NCBI GenBank assembly: GCA_044226015.1
Contig: JBGAHS010000008.1
Location: 128,001-192,000 of the forward strand
Direction of reading: 5' to 3'
DNA: 64,000 bases
DNA from: Candidatus Obscuribacteraceae bacterium
Lineage (GTDB): Bacteria; Cyanobacteriota; Vampirovibrionia; Obscuribacterales; Obscuribacteraceae
Part shown: piece after piece, positions 20,918 through 31,312 of the stretch
Position numbering within the stretch: the first letter of the stretch is position 1
Layout: every line of letters starts with the position of its first letter
The notes under the pieces: model-generated
Seen by the model: the letters and a program-made list of their open reading frames with translations, nothing else
Databases searched by the model: none
Told to the model about the DNA's origin: nothing
Made by a program: the position numbers and the translations under genes

Positions 20918-21775
20918 TCACATTAGTTCGGCTGGTGTAGAAAACACTTTCGGTACGACCTTGCCTGTCGTCATCAATTCCTTGTATTGAGGAATGACAT
21001 CAGAAGGCAATCCCTGACAAACAACCTGACCGCCGTTGAGCAAGACTGCGCGCTGGCAATGACTGGCCGCACTCAGGTCATGCGTCACGAGTATGACGGT
21101 GGTTCCACTGGCTTGAATTTCGTGCAATTTGCGGAAGCACTTTTCTTGGAAGCGAATATCACCTACAGCGAGTGCTTCGTCGATAATCAATATCGCAGGT
21201 TTGACCGCAGTAGCACAGGCGTAAGCTAGACGAACCAACATTCCGCTGGAATACGTCTTCACAGGCTGGTCTATAAAGTCACCGATTTCAGCGAATTCAA
21301 TAATGCTCGGCAAGTATTGTTGCATCTCGTCTTCGGTAATGCCCAGAAGCATGCCCGAGAGAATAGCGTTTTCGCGTCCGGAATATTCGGGCTGGAAACC
21401 AGCACCGAGTTCGAGAATGGCAGTGAGTCGCCCCTCTCTGCGAATCTCGCCCCAGGTAGGCTGCAAAGTTCCTGCAATTATTTGCAGCAAAGTTGACTTG
21501 CCCGAACCATTTGGTCCCAAGAGCGCAGTTGTGGTGCCTTTTGGAAACGCAACTGAAATATCGCGCAACGCCCAAAATTCTTTGTGGAAGCAGCGCTTAT
21601 TCTGGAGAAGAATTTCTTTCAGCCTGTCGACCGGCTTAGCATAAATGTTGTAGCGCTTTGACACGCTAACGACTTCCACGGCAGAAGGAAGTGAAGCACA
21701 GGGGTCTACCACCGCCAATGGTGGCGGTGCTTGTCCATTTTCCCAAAGGTCTGTTTCGAAACTCATGCTTGCCAC
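20918..21775 (-). CDS. wzt: Glycan-export ABC transporter ATP-binding subunit (Wzt/TagH-like), no C-terminal carbohydrate-binding domain
   Basis: EFWALRDIS, Walker A GPNGSGKST, ELGAGFQPEYSGRENA, signature YSSGM, Walker B ILIIDEALAVGD; only 285 aa. Confidence 0.93.
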   Translation of the reverse strand: MASMSFETDLWENGQAPPPLAVVDPCASLPSAVEVVSVSKRYNIYAKPVDRLKEILLQNKRCFHKEFWALRDISVAFPKGTTTALLGPNGSGKSTLLQIIAGTLQPTWGEIRREGRLTAILELGAGFQPEYSGRENAILSGMLLGITEDEMQQYLPSIIEFAEIGDFIDQPVKTYSSGMLVRLAYACATAVKPAILIIDEALAVGDIRFQEKCFRKLHEIQASGTTVILVTHDLSAASHCQRAVLLNGGQVVCQGLPSDVIPQYKELMTTGKVVPKVFSTPAELM

Positions 21776-21776
21776 C

Positions 21777-22742
21777 TCACATCACATCAGCGAACGACTT
21801 CTTCGTTTTGAGGAAGAAGGTCAGTCCGAAGAAACAAACCGCAGCCGAGATGGCTGTGTACAAACAATAATTGGACCAGAGTGGCATAACGCCTTCAAGC
21901 AAAATGCGTCTGAAATCATCAACAATTCCAGAAAGCGGATTGATAATCAAAATCCAGCGGTATTGCTCAGGAACAGAAGATGACGGGTAGAGAATGGGAG
22001 TCGCATACATGCCAGCTTGCAGAGCCAGACTCACCATGTGACGAGTGTCTCTGACGTACACCCCGAGACTAGCCAGAAACCAACTCACTCCAGAAGAGAA
22101 CATCAGCAAAGGCAGCGCCAGAACTGGCAGAAGCAGAAGCGTCGGATGAACCTGCCCGCCCAAGTAGAAGATGCTCGCGACAAGAAGCACACTGAAAGCA
22201 AGGGCTTGTGTGCAAAAGGCTGAGAACACATTATTCAATGGCAAAATTTCAGTCGGGAAAACAACTTTTGTGACCAGATTTGGATTGTCCAGAATGACAG
22301 TTGGCGCGCGAGATACAGACTCAGAAAAAATCGACCAGGCAATCAAGCCGGTCATAAAGTACACAGCAAAACTGCTGGTACCAGCCGATGCCCCGAATTT
22401 GATTTTCAACACAACAGAGAAAACGAAAGTGTAAATCAGGAGCTGCCCCATCGGATGCACCAGCGGCCACAATTTACCGAGCAAAGAACCTTTGTAGCGG
22501 CTCGCAATGTCGCGCTTCACCAAAATTGAAATGATTTTGCGGTGCGAAAAAAGACCCAACATCTCTTGGAGCAAACCAGGCTGCACAATAGCTTTCGGAC
22601 TTGCAGCTGATGGAGTCAGCAGGTTTGGCGAACCGCTAGCCTGCGCTGCCGCACGAGACTCGGCAACTGGTCTTGCAGACGTTCCAGTATTTTCTTGCAA
22701 TTGAGTTTCCGCCAAAATCGTTCCTCGAGAGATGAAACGCAA
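21777..22742 (-). CDS. wzm: Glycan-export ABC transporter permease (Wzm/TagG-like)
   Basis: LVKRDIASRYKGSLLGKLW, NPNLVTKVVFPTEILP, LGVYVRD, YATPILYP, NPL, KSFADVM; adjacent to wzt; true start probably somewhat downstream. Confidence 0.93.
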   Translation of the reverse strand: MRFISRGTILAETQLQENTGTSARPVAESRAAAQASGSPNLLTPSAASPKAIVQPGLLQEMLGLFSHRKIISILVKRDIASRYKGSLLGKLWPLVHPMGQLLIYTFVFSVVLKIKFGASAGTSSFAVYFMTGLIAWSIFSESVSRAPTVILDNPNLVTKVVFPTEILPLNNVFSAFCTQALAFSVLLVASIFYLGGQVHPTLLLLPVLALPLLMFSSGVSWFLASLGVYVRDTRHMVSLALQAGMYATPILYPSSSVPEQYRWILIINPLSGIVDDFRRILLEGVMPLWSNYCLYTAISAAVCFFGLTFFLKTKKSFADVM

Positions 22743-22881
22743 TACATCAAGATGCGCTTTATCAGCTCCTATATTACGTTATCAAGAACGATGTTAGCCT
22801 TATTATCTTGCCATCCTTAAGCAAACTTGAGCTGAGGTGTTTTCGAGACTGCAGCCGAAAACATTGGGAACTGAGTGATTC

Positions 22882-25821
22882 TCACGGTAATTTAGACTCC
22901 GCGGCAGTTCCTGAGTTTTCTTTATTTTTTCTCAGCTGCAATTTTCGCAGTTCGGAAACCAGCCCAACGACCAACAAAAGTAGGCTAATGCATACGCCTC
23001 CTTTGAAAAGTGTCAGCCCCAAACTGAAGGACTCTGGCTCGTAGCTGAATTTCACATAATGCGCCCCAGCTGGAACTTTCACAGCACGGAAGGCATGGTT
23101 GGCTGGGTAAATCTCTTGTTCTTTTCCATCAAGTTGGGCGACCCAACCAGGAAAGAAGGTGTCGGTCAAAATCAAAAATGCGGGAGCCTTTGATCGCACT
23201 TTCAGAAGAATAGAATCTGAATCACGATCAAGAATTTTGAGCTCATCGCTTTTTATTAAATCATCGTCTACTTTGTTGCGCATTTCTTCGTCAGAATGCG
23301 GGTCTTCAATAACAGCAAAGTTATGCCAATCGACATTTCTCTTTAAGGCAGCTAAAGAGGCTTCAGAGTTCTTAACCGTAATGCAGTTATGCACGAGATA
23401 TGCACGCGGTAGAGCAAGTTGGTTTTCGTAAAGAAAGAAACCATCGGCGGTATCAGAAATGCGCTTTAGCCCATTAACTGGAGAATTCGCAGCTTGAGGC
23501 AACTGGCTGGTGAATGAGCCGATTCTCAGTGCATTTCCCAAGCTAGTATTAGCGCAATGTTCGCCACTAATCTTCAGCGGCGCATCAGTCCAAGTATCCT
23601 TCACTATCAAATCAACATTCACCGCTTTGCCAGCAGGAAAATTGTGAGGAAGCGGCAAAGACATTTTTTGCACATACTTATGGTTTAGCAACGGCGTAGC
23701 ATCTTTGTCGATTGACTCGGAATTCCATTTACCCGCATAGATAGGGGTTCCTTTATCATCAGTTAGAACAGGACGAGAAATGTAGCGTGCCTGCATTGAT
23801 GGATCAAAGAAAAATTCCAAGGTCAAACTTAACGCGTTTTCTGAGGGGCTGTATGAAACAATTGCATTCTGGTATCTCAAGCCATCGCCTAGTTTGATAG
23901 GTCCACTGATAACAGAAATGGCTTTAGCATCGACAGCTCGCTGTGCCTCCCCCGCGGCCCCCTCCTCTTCAGCGCCACGCCGACTTATGGCTCGATCGCT
24001 AAGAATGTATTTGACACTCGCCAGATCAAATAATGGACCCAACGTGTCGGGACAGTTCTGCAAGAAACAGTATTTTGTTCCAACACCAGCTGCGGTGCAA
24101 AACTCCATAAATCTCGTTGGATGAATTGGCGCGTAAGCGCAAAAGTCATTAATGTTATATAGGAGATTTGTATTGGGCTGGAAAGTAGAGAATCCAGTTG
24201 CAACAATTCGGCTATCTATATTCTGCGCGAGCTTAAGCTTATCGACAGGTCGATAGGAAGCGCCCGGACCAGGTGTGAATTCTAGAGCTGTAGCATGAAG
24301 CAAGGTGAGACTGTTCAAGACAAGCAAAATAAACCTGCAAACTGCGGTGCCCTTTTTGCTCAAACGCATCGAGAAAAACAGTGCCACCAGAACACAGGTG
24401 GTAGCAGCAAGCACCCTTAAAGAAACGGGAACACTGGAGCTTCCATAGACGAACGCATCAGAGAAACGAGCGGCGAGTTCAGCGATTGCTGGTATTTGCC
24501 CCAAAACCACCAGGAGCCCAATCGAACAGGGAACTAAAACCCACCAATTCGGTTTGAATCTGCTAGCAAGCTTTCGGTTGTTTGCAAGAGAATCAAGCCC
24601 AGCAGCAGCAATGCAAGCCTGCAACAATGCAAGTGTTCCAAGAGGATACTCTGGCAATACGAAAATAAAAGGCTTATGGGAGAACAGAGTTTCAAAAATA
24701 CCCGGGCGCACACAAAACAACGCCGCAGCAAAGAATGACAGAGCAAGTGTCTTGCGCTCTCGAAAGAATTTTGCCAGACCAGGGAAGATTAAGAGCCCTA
24801 AGACAGCTCCTAAATAATAGTGCATTGTTCCAAGCGGAAGCACCATGTTTGCGATGTAATCTGCCCAGGGAATGAAAGCCACAACGTCAGTATCGAACTT
24901 ATACGAGGCACTATTCCTTACGAATTCGAGAAAAGGCAAAATCAAAGGGGCAGTCAAAAGAAGCGACAAAATAGCAATTAGTGATTGCCAACGAAACCAG
25001 TCAGCAATTGCAGCAAAGAAAGACCTTTGCCTCTTAAATGAGTTCCTAAAGTAATCGTCCAGAGAAATAATTGACCCGGCAACGACCGCGCAGGCAAACG
25101 TCTCTGGGTGTGTTTCATACGCAAAAGCCGCCACAATTGCAGAGCAGAGAACGGCTCTCAATATTGACGGCTTTGAGCCCACCCACAAAAAGCACAACAA
25201 CAAAACAGGAAAAGCGAAGTAGTTATTACAAAGTTCAACCCAGCGAAGCAAGCGAGGGCAGAGCATGAAAGCAGTGCCTGCCACAAATGAAGACAAGCCG
25301 CTGTTTCCGAGCCTTCGCGACACAAAGTAGCACGCAATACCAGCAAGCAAGAGTCGAATAAAAATTCCGAGATTGTAGAGCTGCCAATCACTGAATGGAA
25401 ACCACCTGCGATAGCTCGACCAATTCAGCGTTTGAAACTCGCCAGCAAAAGGCCGTCCAGCCCCAGACAGATCGTTCCAGAGAGGCGCAGCTACCGCGCC
25501 ATTATTTTGTGAATATAATTCGTTTGGAATATGCTCTAGAGCAGCGCTGGGGTCATCGCTCAAACGAAACGGGAGATCAGAGCCGCGATTTTGCCAGCGA
25601 TCAACTTCACGCAACAAATAGAACTTCGACAAACATTTCTTGCTTAGCTCCGGGCTTTTCTCAGTGAGCAGAGCGGCATCTCCAAATTGAAACAAAGCCA
25701 ATACGACAAGCAGAAAAATAAAGAAGCAGTTTGTGGCGAAAGCATTCTTCTCAAACATACGCACGCCTGAAAGCGACCCATTATTGGTCACGCTAAGAGT
25801 TGTCGTGTTGGAACTCATCAC
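22882..25821 (-). CDS. YfhO-like GT-C membrane glycosyltransferase (paralog 3)
   Basis: PLWNDLSGAGRP, VLPEY, FQPNTNLLY, LPRAYLV, LTDTFFPGWVAQLDGK...VPAGAHYVKFSYEP. Confidence 0.87.
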   Translation of the reverse strand: MMSSNTTTLSVTNNGSLSGVRMFEKNAFATNCFFIFLLVVLALFQFGDAALLTEKSPELSKKCLSKFYLLREVDRWQNRGSDLPFRLSDDPSAALEHIPNELYSQNNGAVAAPLWNDLSGAGRPFAGEFQTLNWSSYRRWFPFSDWQLYNLGIFIRLLLAGIACYFVSRRLGNSGLSSFVAGTAFMLCPRLLRWVELCNNYFAFPVLLLCFLWVGSKPSILRAVLCSAIVAAFAYETHPETFACAVVAGSIISLDDYFRNSFKRQRSFFAAIADWFRWQSLIAILSLLLTAPLILPFLEFVRNSASYKFDTDVVAFIPWADYIANMVLPLGTMHYYLGAVLGLLIFPGLAKFFRERKTLALSFFAAALFCVRPGIFETLFSHKPFIFVLPEYPLGTLALLQACIAAAGLDSLANNRKLASRFKPNWWVLVPCSIGLLVVLGQIPAIAELAARFSDAFVYGSSSVPVSLRVLAATTCVLVALFFSMRLSKKGTAVCRFILLVLNSLTLLHATALEFTPGPGASYRPVDKLKLAQNIDSRIVATGFSTFQPNTNLLYNINDFCAYAPIHPTRFMEFCTAAGVGTKYCFLQNCPDTLGPLFDLASVKYILSDRAISRRGAEEEGAAGEAQRAVDAKAISVISGPIKLGDGLRYQNAIVSYSPSENALSLTLEFFFDPSMQARYISRPVLTDDKGTPIYAGKWNSESIDKDATPLLNHKYVQKMSLPLPHNFPAGKAVNVDLIVKDTWTDAPLKISGEHCANTSLGNALRIGSFTSQLPQAANSPVNGLKRISDTADGFFLYENQLALPRAYLVHNCITVKNSEASLAALKRNVDWHNFAVIEDPHSDEEMRNKVDDDLIKSDELKILDRDSDSILLKVRSKAPAFLILTDTFFPGWVAQLDGKEQEIYPANHAFRAVKVPAGAHYVKFSYEPESFSLGLTLFKGGVCISLLLLVVGLVSELRKLQLRKNKENSGTAAESKLP

Positions 25822-25831
25822 AAAATCCGCT

Positions 25832-26344
25832 TCAAGACTTCCAGCAATAAACTCGTGTTACATGCGAATGGTCATCTTTCTTGTAATCTAGCTGAGCACA
25901 AAGCTTTCCGCCATTGAAATAGAAGTACTCAGTGGGCTTTTCGCAACCGGCAATATGCAATTCTTCCTCATCGTGTTCATCAGCAGGTGCAGTTCCAACA
26001 TCAAGAATGCTTCGAGCAATTTTTACTGACTCTTCTTTGCTTAAACCTGCCGGATAGGCGATTTCGACGGCATAAACCTTCCCGTCACGGCAATGAAGCG
26101 AACAGCTTCCTCCATGAGAATCTGGGTGTTTGGCTTCGTATTGAATTTTCTTGCCAAAATGCCCTGCCTCGTTATAAGCAAATGTTTTCCACGAGACACG
26201 GACGCGATTTGTATCCATTCCTACTCTTACGTCATCAGCCTTCAAAGAGCCTCTCATCGACCAGAGCCAAATTCCCGCTGCCACTACCAGCAATATCGCC
26301 AGGAGTAACTTCCAATTCATCAACTTCGCCTTCATACTCGACAT
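25832..26344 (-). CDS. Hypothetical membrane-anchored or exported protein (170 aa)
   Basis: N-terminal hydrophobic anchor (LLLAILLVVAAGIWLW); 8 and 10 bp gaps to the co-oriented GT-C genes on each side. Confidence 0.7.
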   Translation of the reverse strand: MSSMKAKLMNWKLLLAILLVVAAGIWLWSMRGSLKADDVRVGMDTNRVRVSWKTFAYNEAGHFGKKIQYEAKHPDSHGGSCSLHCRDGKVYAVEIAYPAGLSKEESVKIARSILDVGTAPADEHDEEELHIAGCEKPTEYFYFNGGKLCAQLDYKKDDHSHVTRVYCWKS

Positions 26345-26352
26345 GGTTCTGC

Positions 26353-28125
26353 CTATTTCTTCCGCTTAAGGGCAAGCACCTGACCGGGGAAAAGACTCTT
26401 AAAGGGATGCCGAGAGACCAGCTCGTAATCTGGAATCAATGACCACGCTACCAGATATTCTTCTCCATTAATCGGCCAGAAACGGAAAGCATGAAACTTG
26501 CCTCGATATTTCTGGGGATATTCACAAGCACCTTTCTCTGCCGACAATTTGGAAAACAAACTGTAATCAGTCATGAAATCGTACTGCCAACCAGCATCGA
26601 TGTCGCGTGGATTTGCACCAGCTGCTTCCAGAGACCTAATTGCCGCCGCTTGAGCCCGGTGAGTAGCCATAGAATCTTGCTGCACTATGAGGGTGTATGC
26701 GGCAGTGAGAATGAGAGGCAGTATTGAACAAAAAACAAATGACTTATTGCTCAATTTACGCGTATAAATTGCTATCGCCATTAGTACCGGAATGAAAGCC
26801 ATCAGGTAGTAGCGATCCATATCACGAACAGTCACCTGCAGTATGGTTGCACCGAGTCCCACCAGCGCGACAAGAGATGCAAACAAAGCAACGCGAGAAG
26901 TTTTGCTCAATACTGGACTGAACTTGTACTTCCACATACGACGCAGAGAAAGCAGCAGCGAATCGGTGAGTGCAGTTAGCGTTATGAATCCTGTAATAGC
27001 AACAAAACCGGTTAGCCAGGCTCCGATTTGAGCCTTTTGATCCATCAAAATTACAAGGGGTCTATTACCCAGGAAGATAGGTAAATTGAACCAGGGAAGC
27101 TGCACCATGTTCGTGTTAAACGGCATCAGCGAAGTTTGAACAATAACCAGCGTGTAGAGAGACCAGGTGACAATAGCAAAGGACGTTAGCATCGCGATTT
27201 TGGAAATCGCCTTTTTGACTTTCCACTCTTTCAACAGCAGCGGAACTATCGCTGGCATGCAAAACAGCGAGAGGTAAAAACTCAGCTGCCCAGTCATGGT
27301 GACTATGCGCGAAATCAAATTGCCAGGATGCACACGAGCATCATCAATAATTCCCTGCATTGTCACAGCATTGAATTGAAGCACGAGAGCGCACAGAGCA
27401 TCTTGCTTCATCAACGAAGTCAAAAGCAAAGCGAGCACTACAGGTAGCACCACTCCAAGCGCTTGAACGAGACGCTGTTTTTTCGAAACAAAAGGAAAAG
27501 ACACTAGATTCACAGCAGCGAATGCCGCATTGCTTTGCCTGACAGCAACGGAAGCGCAGAGGGAAAGAAGGGCAAGCCAGGTAAGGTTGCCTCGCTCAGG
27601 ATTTCGCAATGACTTTACAGAGAAAAGAAAGTAGAGCGTCAAGAACAGCTGCGAGGTGACATCGGTCATAAAAGTGAAAGAGAGCGCAAAGACGTAGGGG
27701 TTCAAGACAATCGCCATGGTCAGTGCCACTGACTTCACGCGACTGAGTCCTAGCTCAAGGAATAGATAATAAGCAGCGACTGCAGCGCTGAGACTTAAAA
27801 AGAGTTCCGTACAGCGCAAAACTTCAAAGTTTACGCCGAAGAGAGCGCAGCTCGCAGCACCAATGAGAATGTGCAAATAGCAGCTTGCTGTGCTGCCCTG
27901 CAAAAACAATTGTCCAGTTTGCAGAAAGTCTTTCACCGACTTCATATAGACGAAATCGTCGTTAATCGGGAAATCGCCTCGCACGCCGCCAACGATCAAG
28001 ACCGCCACAACTAAAATCGCGCCAATAGTAAGTAGTGCGGGCAGATCAGCCTTTGCAGAATGGCGCTCAGTCGAGCTACTGCTTGATGAAAATGTATTCA
28101 GTTTGCTCGCGTTTGCTGTCGTCAC
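26353..28125 (-). CDS. ArnT/PMT-like (GT39/GT83-type) GT-C glycosyltransferase (paralog A)
   Basis: GDFPINDD acidic motif after the first TM, LNPY, TFMTDV, VRQ, DRY, C-terminal RFWPINGEEY; polytopic membrane protein. Confidence 0.8.
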   Translation of the reverse strand: MTTANASKLNTFSSSSSSTERHSAKADLPALLTIGAILVVAVLIVGGVRGDFPINDDFVYMKSVKDFLQTGQLFLQGSTASCYLHILIGAASCALFGVNFEVLRCTELFLSLSAAVAAYYLFLELGLSRVKSVALTMAIVLNPYVFALSFTFMTDVTSQLFLTLYFLFSVKSLRNPERGNLTWLALLSLCASVAVRQSNAAFAAVNLVSFPFVSKKQRLVQALGVVLPVVLALLLTSLMKQDALCALVLQFNAVTMQGIIDDARVHPGNLISRIVTMTGQLSFYLSLFCMPAIVPLLLKEWKVKKAISKIAMLTSFAIVTWSLYTLVIVQTSLMPFNTNMVQLPWFNLPIFLGNRPLVILMDQKAQIGAWLTGFVAITGFITLTALTDSLLLSLRRMWKYKFSPVLSKTSRVALFASLVALVGLGATILQVTVRDMDRYYLMAFIPVLMAIAIYTRKLSNKSFVFCSILPLILTAAYTLIVQQDSMATHRAQAAAIRSLEAAGANPRDIDAGWQYDFMTDYSLFSKLSAEKGACEYPQKYRGKFHAFRFWPINGEEYLVAWSLIPDYELVSRHPFKSLFPGQVLALKRKK

Positions 28126-28377
28126 AACACTGCTCTCATACTAAGCAGATGATAGTTAGTATTTGCCAAGAGTTCATTAGGCGCATCTTACGGTCGTTTG
28201 AACAATAGGTCACAGGACTACTGATCCCAGGAATTCGGCTTTGCAGAACCCTTCAAGCGTGCACTTTTCATAGCAACGATTGTTCTGGCTGGGTCGTGTC
28301 CTTCAAAGTAATTTATTAGAGCTAATAAACACAGAGAGAAATTAGTTTCAGCTCGTCAACTGCATAATCGAAGACGC

Positions 28378-30168
28378 TCAAGGACTATCAAGCGGAAGCT
28401 CAGACTGAAGGACTAAGACGCTGCGAGAACGCCATCTCAGAGTATTCCAACACCTGAATTCAGCTATCGTTCTGTAACCTTTAATTGGTGAACAGGAAAT
28501 AATGTAGTAATCGCGGTTGACAGGCCACCAGCGTAATTTTGCTCTCTCTGGTCCACCGCATCGTGATTCCGGCCATTTCCTCGTCTTTAGATCTGCTCCA
28601 CTGATGCAGTCGTTGCCACCGTGTTCGAAGTTGTATTCCTGTCCACCGTCAACAAGTAGAGGGTCAACCCCTTTTTGCTCGAGAAATCGAAGAGCGTCCC
28701 ACTGTGCGCGGTTCAAATTCATTGTGTCATTTAAGCAGAGCACTGAATACACAGCCGAAGCAACAAGCAAAAGAGCAGAAACTGCTCGCACCAGACGCGA
28801 GCTGGCAAGCTGCTGATTCAGCCAGGCTACACTCAAACAGAGTGGGAACCAAACAATCGTCACGTATCTGTCGAGCCCGATAATGGAGAGCTGCACAAGC
28901 GTTGCAAGTGTTCCGAATAAAAACACGGCCGCGAGAAAATTCCCTTGCTTGCATTCCTTGGACGAGGTAACAGAATCATTTTGATTAGGTGTTCTCTTAG
29001 CGGCGAATAATGCTAAAGCGAAATAGCTCACTGAAAACGCGAGCATAAATGCAGCTGCAATTGATACATAAGCAAGCGTTTTAAGATGTTTGACAGGCCA
29101 GATCTGTTCTGCACCAATTATCTGATAGGTTCCCACGTAAGGCGGGGAGAATAGGTTTTGAAAAAACGGGAACGAGTGCCCATGCACAAACAAAAGCACC
29201 GAAAGTGGTATCACTGTTAATGTCAGAGAAACAAAAGCAGAAATCAAAACTCGTTGCCTGCTTAGCCCTTCAATTTTCAGGGCAAGCAGCAATAGAAGTG
29301 GCACAGTAAGCGGCACTGCCAACAAACCAAGAACCGCAAAAAATTCTGAAAGTGTAAACACAAAGGTAAGTGGTGAGAGCAAATTCAGCAGGCTCGGCAT
29401 CACACCATTTGTGTAATTCTCCAGACAAACCGTTCGTATCAAACAAGACTTCAACCAGCTCTGCATCACAAGATAAGCAGCGGCAGGTACCGTTACAGCG
29501 AACAGCGCAAATGCAACACGGCTTTGTAATCTCGGGAAGCTGGGCACAGCACATAGCAAAACCGCAGGCAAGAAAGCAAGAAAATTCTGCCTGGTAACAA
29601 TCGCGCAGACAAGGAAAGCAAGTCCTATGTACCAGTTTTTGCGTTGCTGTGACTTGATCGCACGCAAACAGAAAAAGAGAAACCAATTTGTGAAAGCTAG
29701 CGCGGGAATGTCTGACATGAAGGTGCTAGTTAGATTTAGAATAAACGGGCTTAGCATTGAGATAGCAGTAAACAATGCACTATCCAAAGGCTTGGAACCT
29801 AACTCGCGCAAGGAAAGATACATTGGTATCGTCCCGAATAATGCGAATCCAAAAGTGAGCAAGCGCAGATGGTCGTAGGAGAATCCGACTAAAGAACAAA
29901 CTGCTGCACCGAGGTGAAGAGGAATAAAATTAAAAGCATTGGTTACTAAAATCTTTGTGACGCCGGTCTCCACCAGGCTTCGCACGGCAGTTCCGTAAAT
30001 CATGTCATCATTGATGGGGAAGTCGCCCCAGGGACCAGCCAGAAAAAAACAAAAAGCGAAAAGCGCCAACGCAGAAGCGAGGTACAGCCAGTCGCCTGGG
30101 TGCCTTTCAGAAGCCAAAGAAGCTTTCGGCTCTGAACTTGCTGCTCTATTTTCTATGATCGAATCCAT
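28378..30168 (-). CDS. ArnT/PMT-like GT-C glycosyltransferase (paralog B)
   Basis: GDFPINDD, TFMSDIPAL, TRQ, GLDRY, GGPERAKLRWWPVNRDY. Confidence 0.8.
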   Translation of the reverse strand: MDSIIENRAASSEPKASLASERHPGDWLYLASALALFAFCFFLAGPWGDFPINDDMIYGTAVRSLVETGVTKILVTNAFNFIPLHLGAAVCSLVGFSYDHLRLLTFGFALFGTIPMYLSLRELGSKPLDSALFTAISMLSPFILNLTSTFMSDIPALAFTNWFLFFCLRAIKSQQRKNWYIGLAFLVCAIVTRQNFLAFLPAVLLCAVPSFPRLQSRVAFALFAVTVPAAAYLVMQSWLKSCLIRTVCLENYTNGVMPSLLNLLSPLTFVFTLSEFFAVLGLLAVPLTVPLLLLLALKIEGLSRQRVLISAFVSLTLTVIPLSVLLFVHGHSFPFFQNLFSPPYVGTYQIIGAEQIWPVKHLKTLAYVSIAAAFMLAFSVSYFALALFAAKRTPNQNDSVTSSKECKQGNFLAAVFLFGTLATLVQLSIIGLDRYVTIVWFPLCLSVAWLNQQLASSRLVRAVSALLLVASAVYSVLCLNDTMNLNRAQWDALRFLEQKGVDPLLVDGGQEYNFEHGGNDCISGADLKTRKWPESRCGGPERAKLRWWPVNRDYYIISCSPIKGYRTIAEFRCWNTLRWRSRSVLVLQSELPLDSP

Positions 30169-30380
30169 TACGTTCGTACCAATTAAGTCTCATATTCTAG
30201 AACATGAAGTCATTTTGACCCTTTATGTATTTTCACTCATTTCGCCAGAGGCTGAACGCGTGCGCCTCGCAGCCTGCATTTCCGGACGATCTAGATTACA
30301 GCTAACGCAAAAATGATTTAACCGAACGGTTTCTTATGGGAATTTAGCGTAATATTTACTCGGCTTCCCTACTGGTCATC

Positions 30381-31307
30381 GTGAGAAAACCAACAGTTTC
30401 AATAGTGCTACCAGTCTTTCGATGCGCTCCATTCGTCGAGCGCCTTGCGACTCGCGTCGAGAATACACTGGACTCCGAGAACTATCAATACGAATTGATT
30501 TTTGTCGATGATCGAGGCGACGACAGAGATTGGAGCATTTTGCAAGAACTTTCATCAAGTCACAAAAAACTGCGAGCCTTCAGACATCGTGCAAACAGTG
30601 GGCAGTCCGCTTCTATTGCCACGGGCGTCGCGAAAGCACAAGGCGAATACGTCGTAGTGATGGATGCAGACTTGCAAGATCCACCGGAGGAAATTCCGCG
30701 CTTTCTTCAATTCGCAATAAATGGCAAATACGATATTGTTTTGTCCGTAAGAAACGAGCGAAAGACGAGCGCATTTCGCTCTGTCGCCAGTACGCTCTAT
30801 CGAAAACTATTTCCAATTTACAGCAGAATTCCAAACGGAAATTACTACGGCATGTTTTCGGTGATGTCGCGAAAAGTGGTGCCTCAATACCTTGCGTGCG
30901 TTCCGCAAAATCGCAGTTCTTACATCAAAGTTTTAGATCGTCTTAGCAAAAACATCGGTCTCATTTATTATGCGCAAGAGGCTCGTATAGAAAACGAAAG
31001 CTCCTATTCGCTAATCAAGCTGTTAGCGGTGTCAGTAAATGGTATTGGTCAGGAGTTTTTCGCCAAGCTTCTCAAGACTAGCTTGCTGCTGATTTTGCTT
31101 GTCGTACTCGGTGCAGCTAATCAGTACGCCGCAAACCAAAGCATAACCGCCGCGCTTGCGCTGCCTCTATCTCTAGCGACGGTTTCAGCAGCATTCGCAT
31201 TTTACGCGCTAACTCTGATCAAAAAAGTTGTTCCAGACAGCAGTGTCGAGATAGTTGAAACCATTAATGCCTCGAAGTCTCCTTTCAAACAGAAATCTAA
31301 GGTCTGA
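30381..31307 (+). CDS. GT2 polyprenol-phosphate glycosyltransferase (GtrB/ArnC/DPM-like)
   Basis: VSIVLPVF, IFVDDRGDD, NSGQSASIATG, VVMDADLQDPPEEIP, two C-terminal TM helices. Confidence 0.88.
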   Translation: MRKPTVSIVLPVFRCAPFVERLATRVENTLDSENYQYELIFVDDRGDDRDWSILQELSSSHKKLRAFRHRANSGQSASIATGVAKAQGEYVVVMDADLQDPPEEIPRFLQFAINGKYDIVLSVRNERKTSAFRSVASTLYRKLFPIYSRIPNGNYYGMFSVMSRKVVPQYLACVPQNRSSYIKVLDRLSKNIGLIYYAQEARIENESSYSLIKLLAVSVNGIGQEFFAKLLKTSLLLILLVVLGAANQYAANQSITAALALPLSLATVSAAFAFYALTLIKKVVPDSSVEIVETINASKSPFKQKSKV

Positions 31308-31312
31308 TCGGA

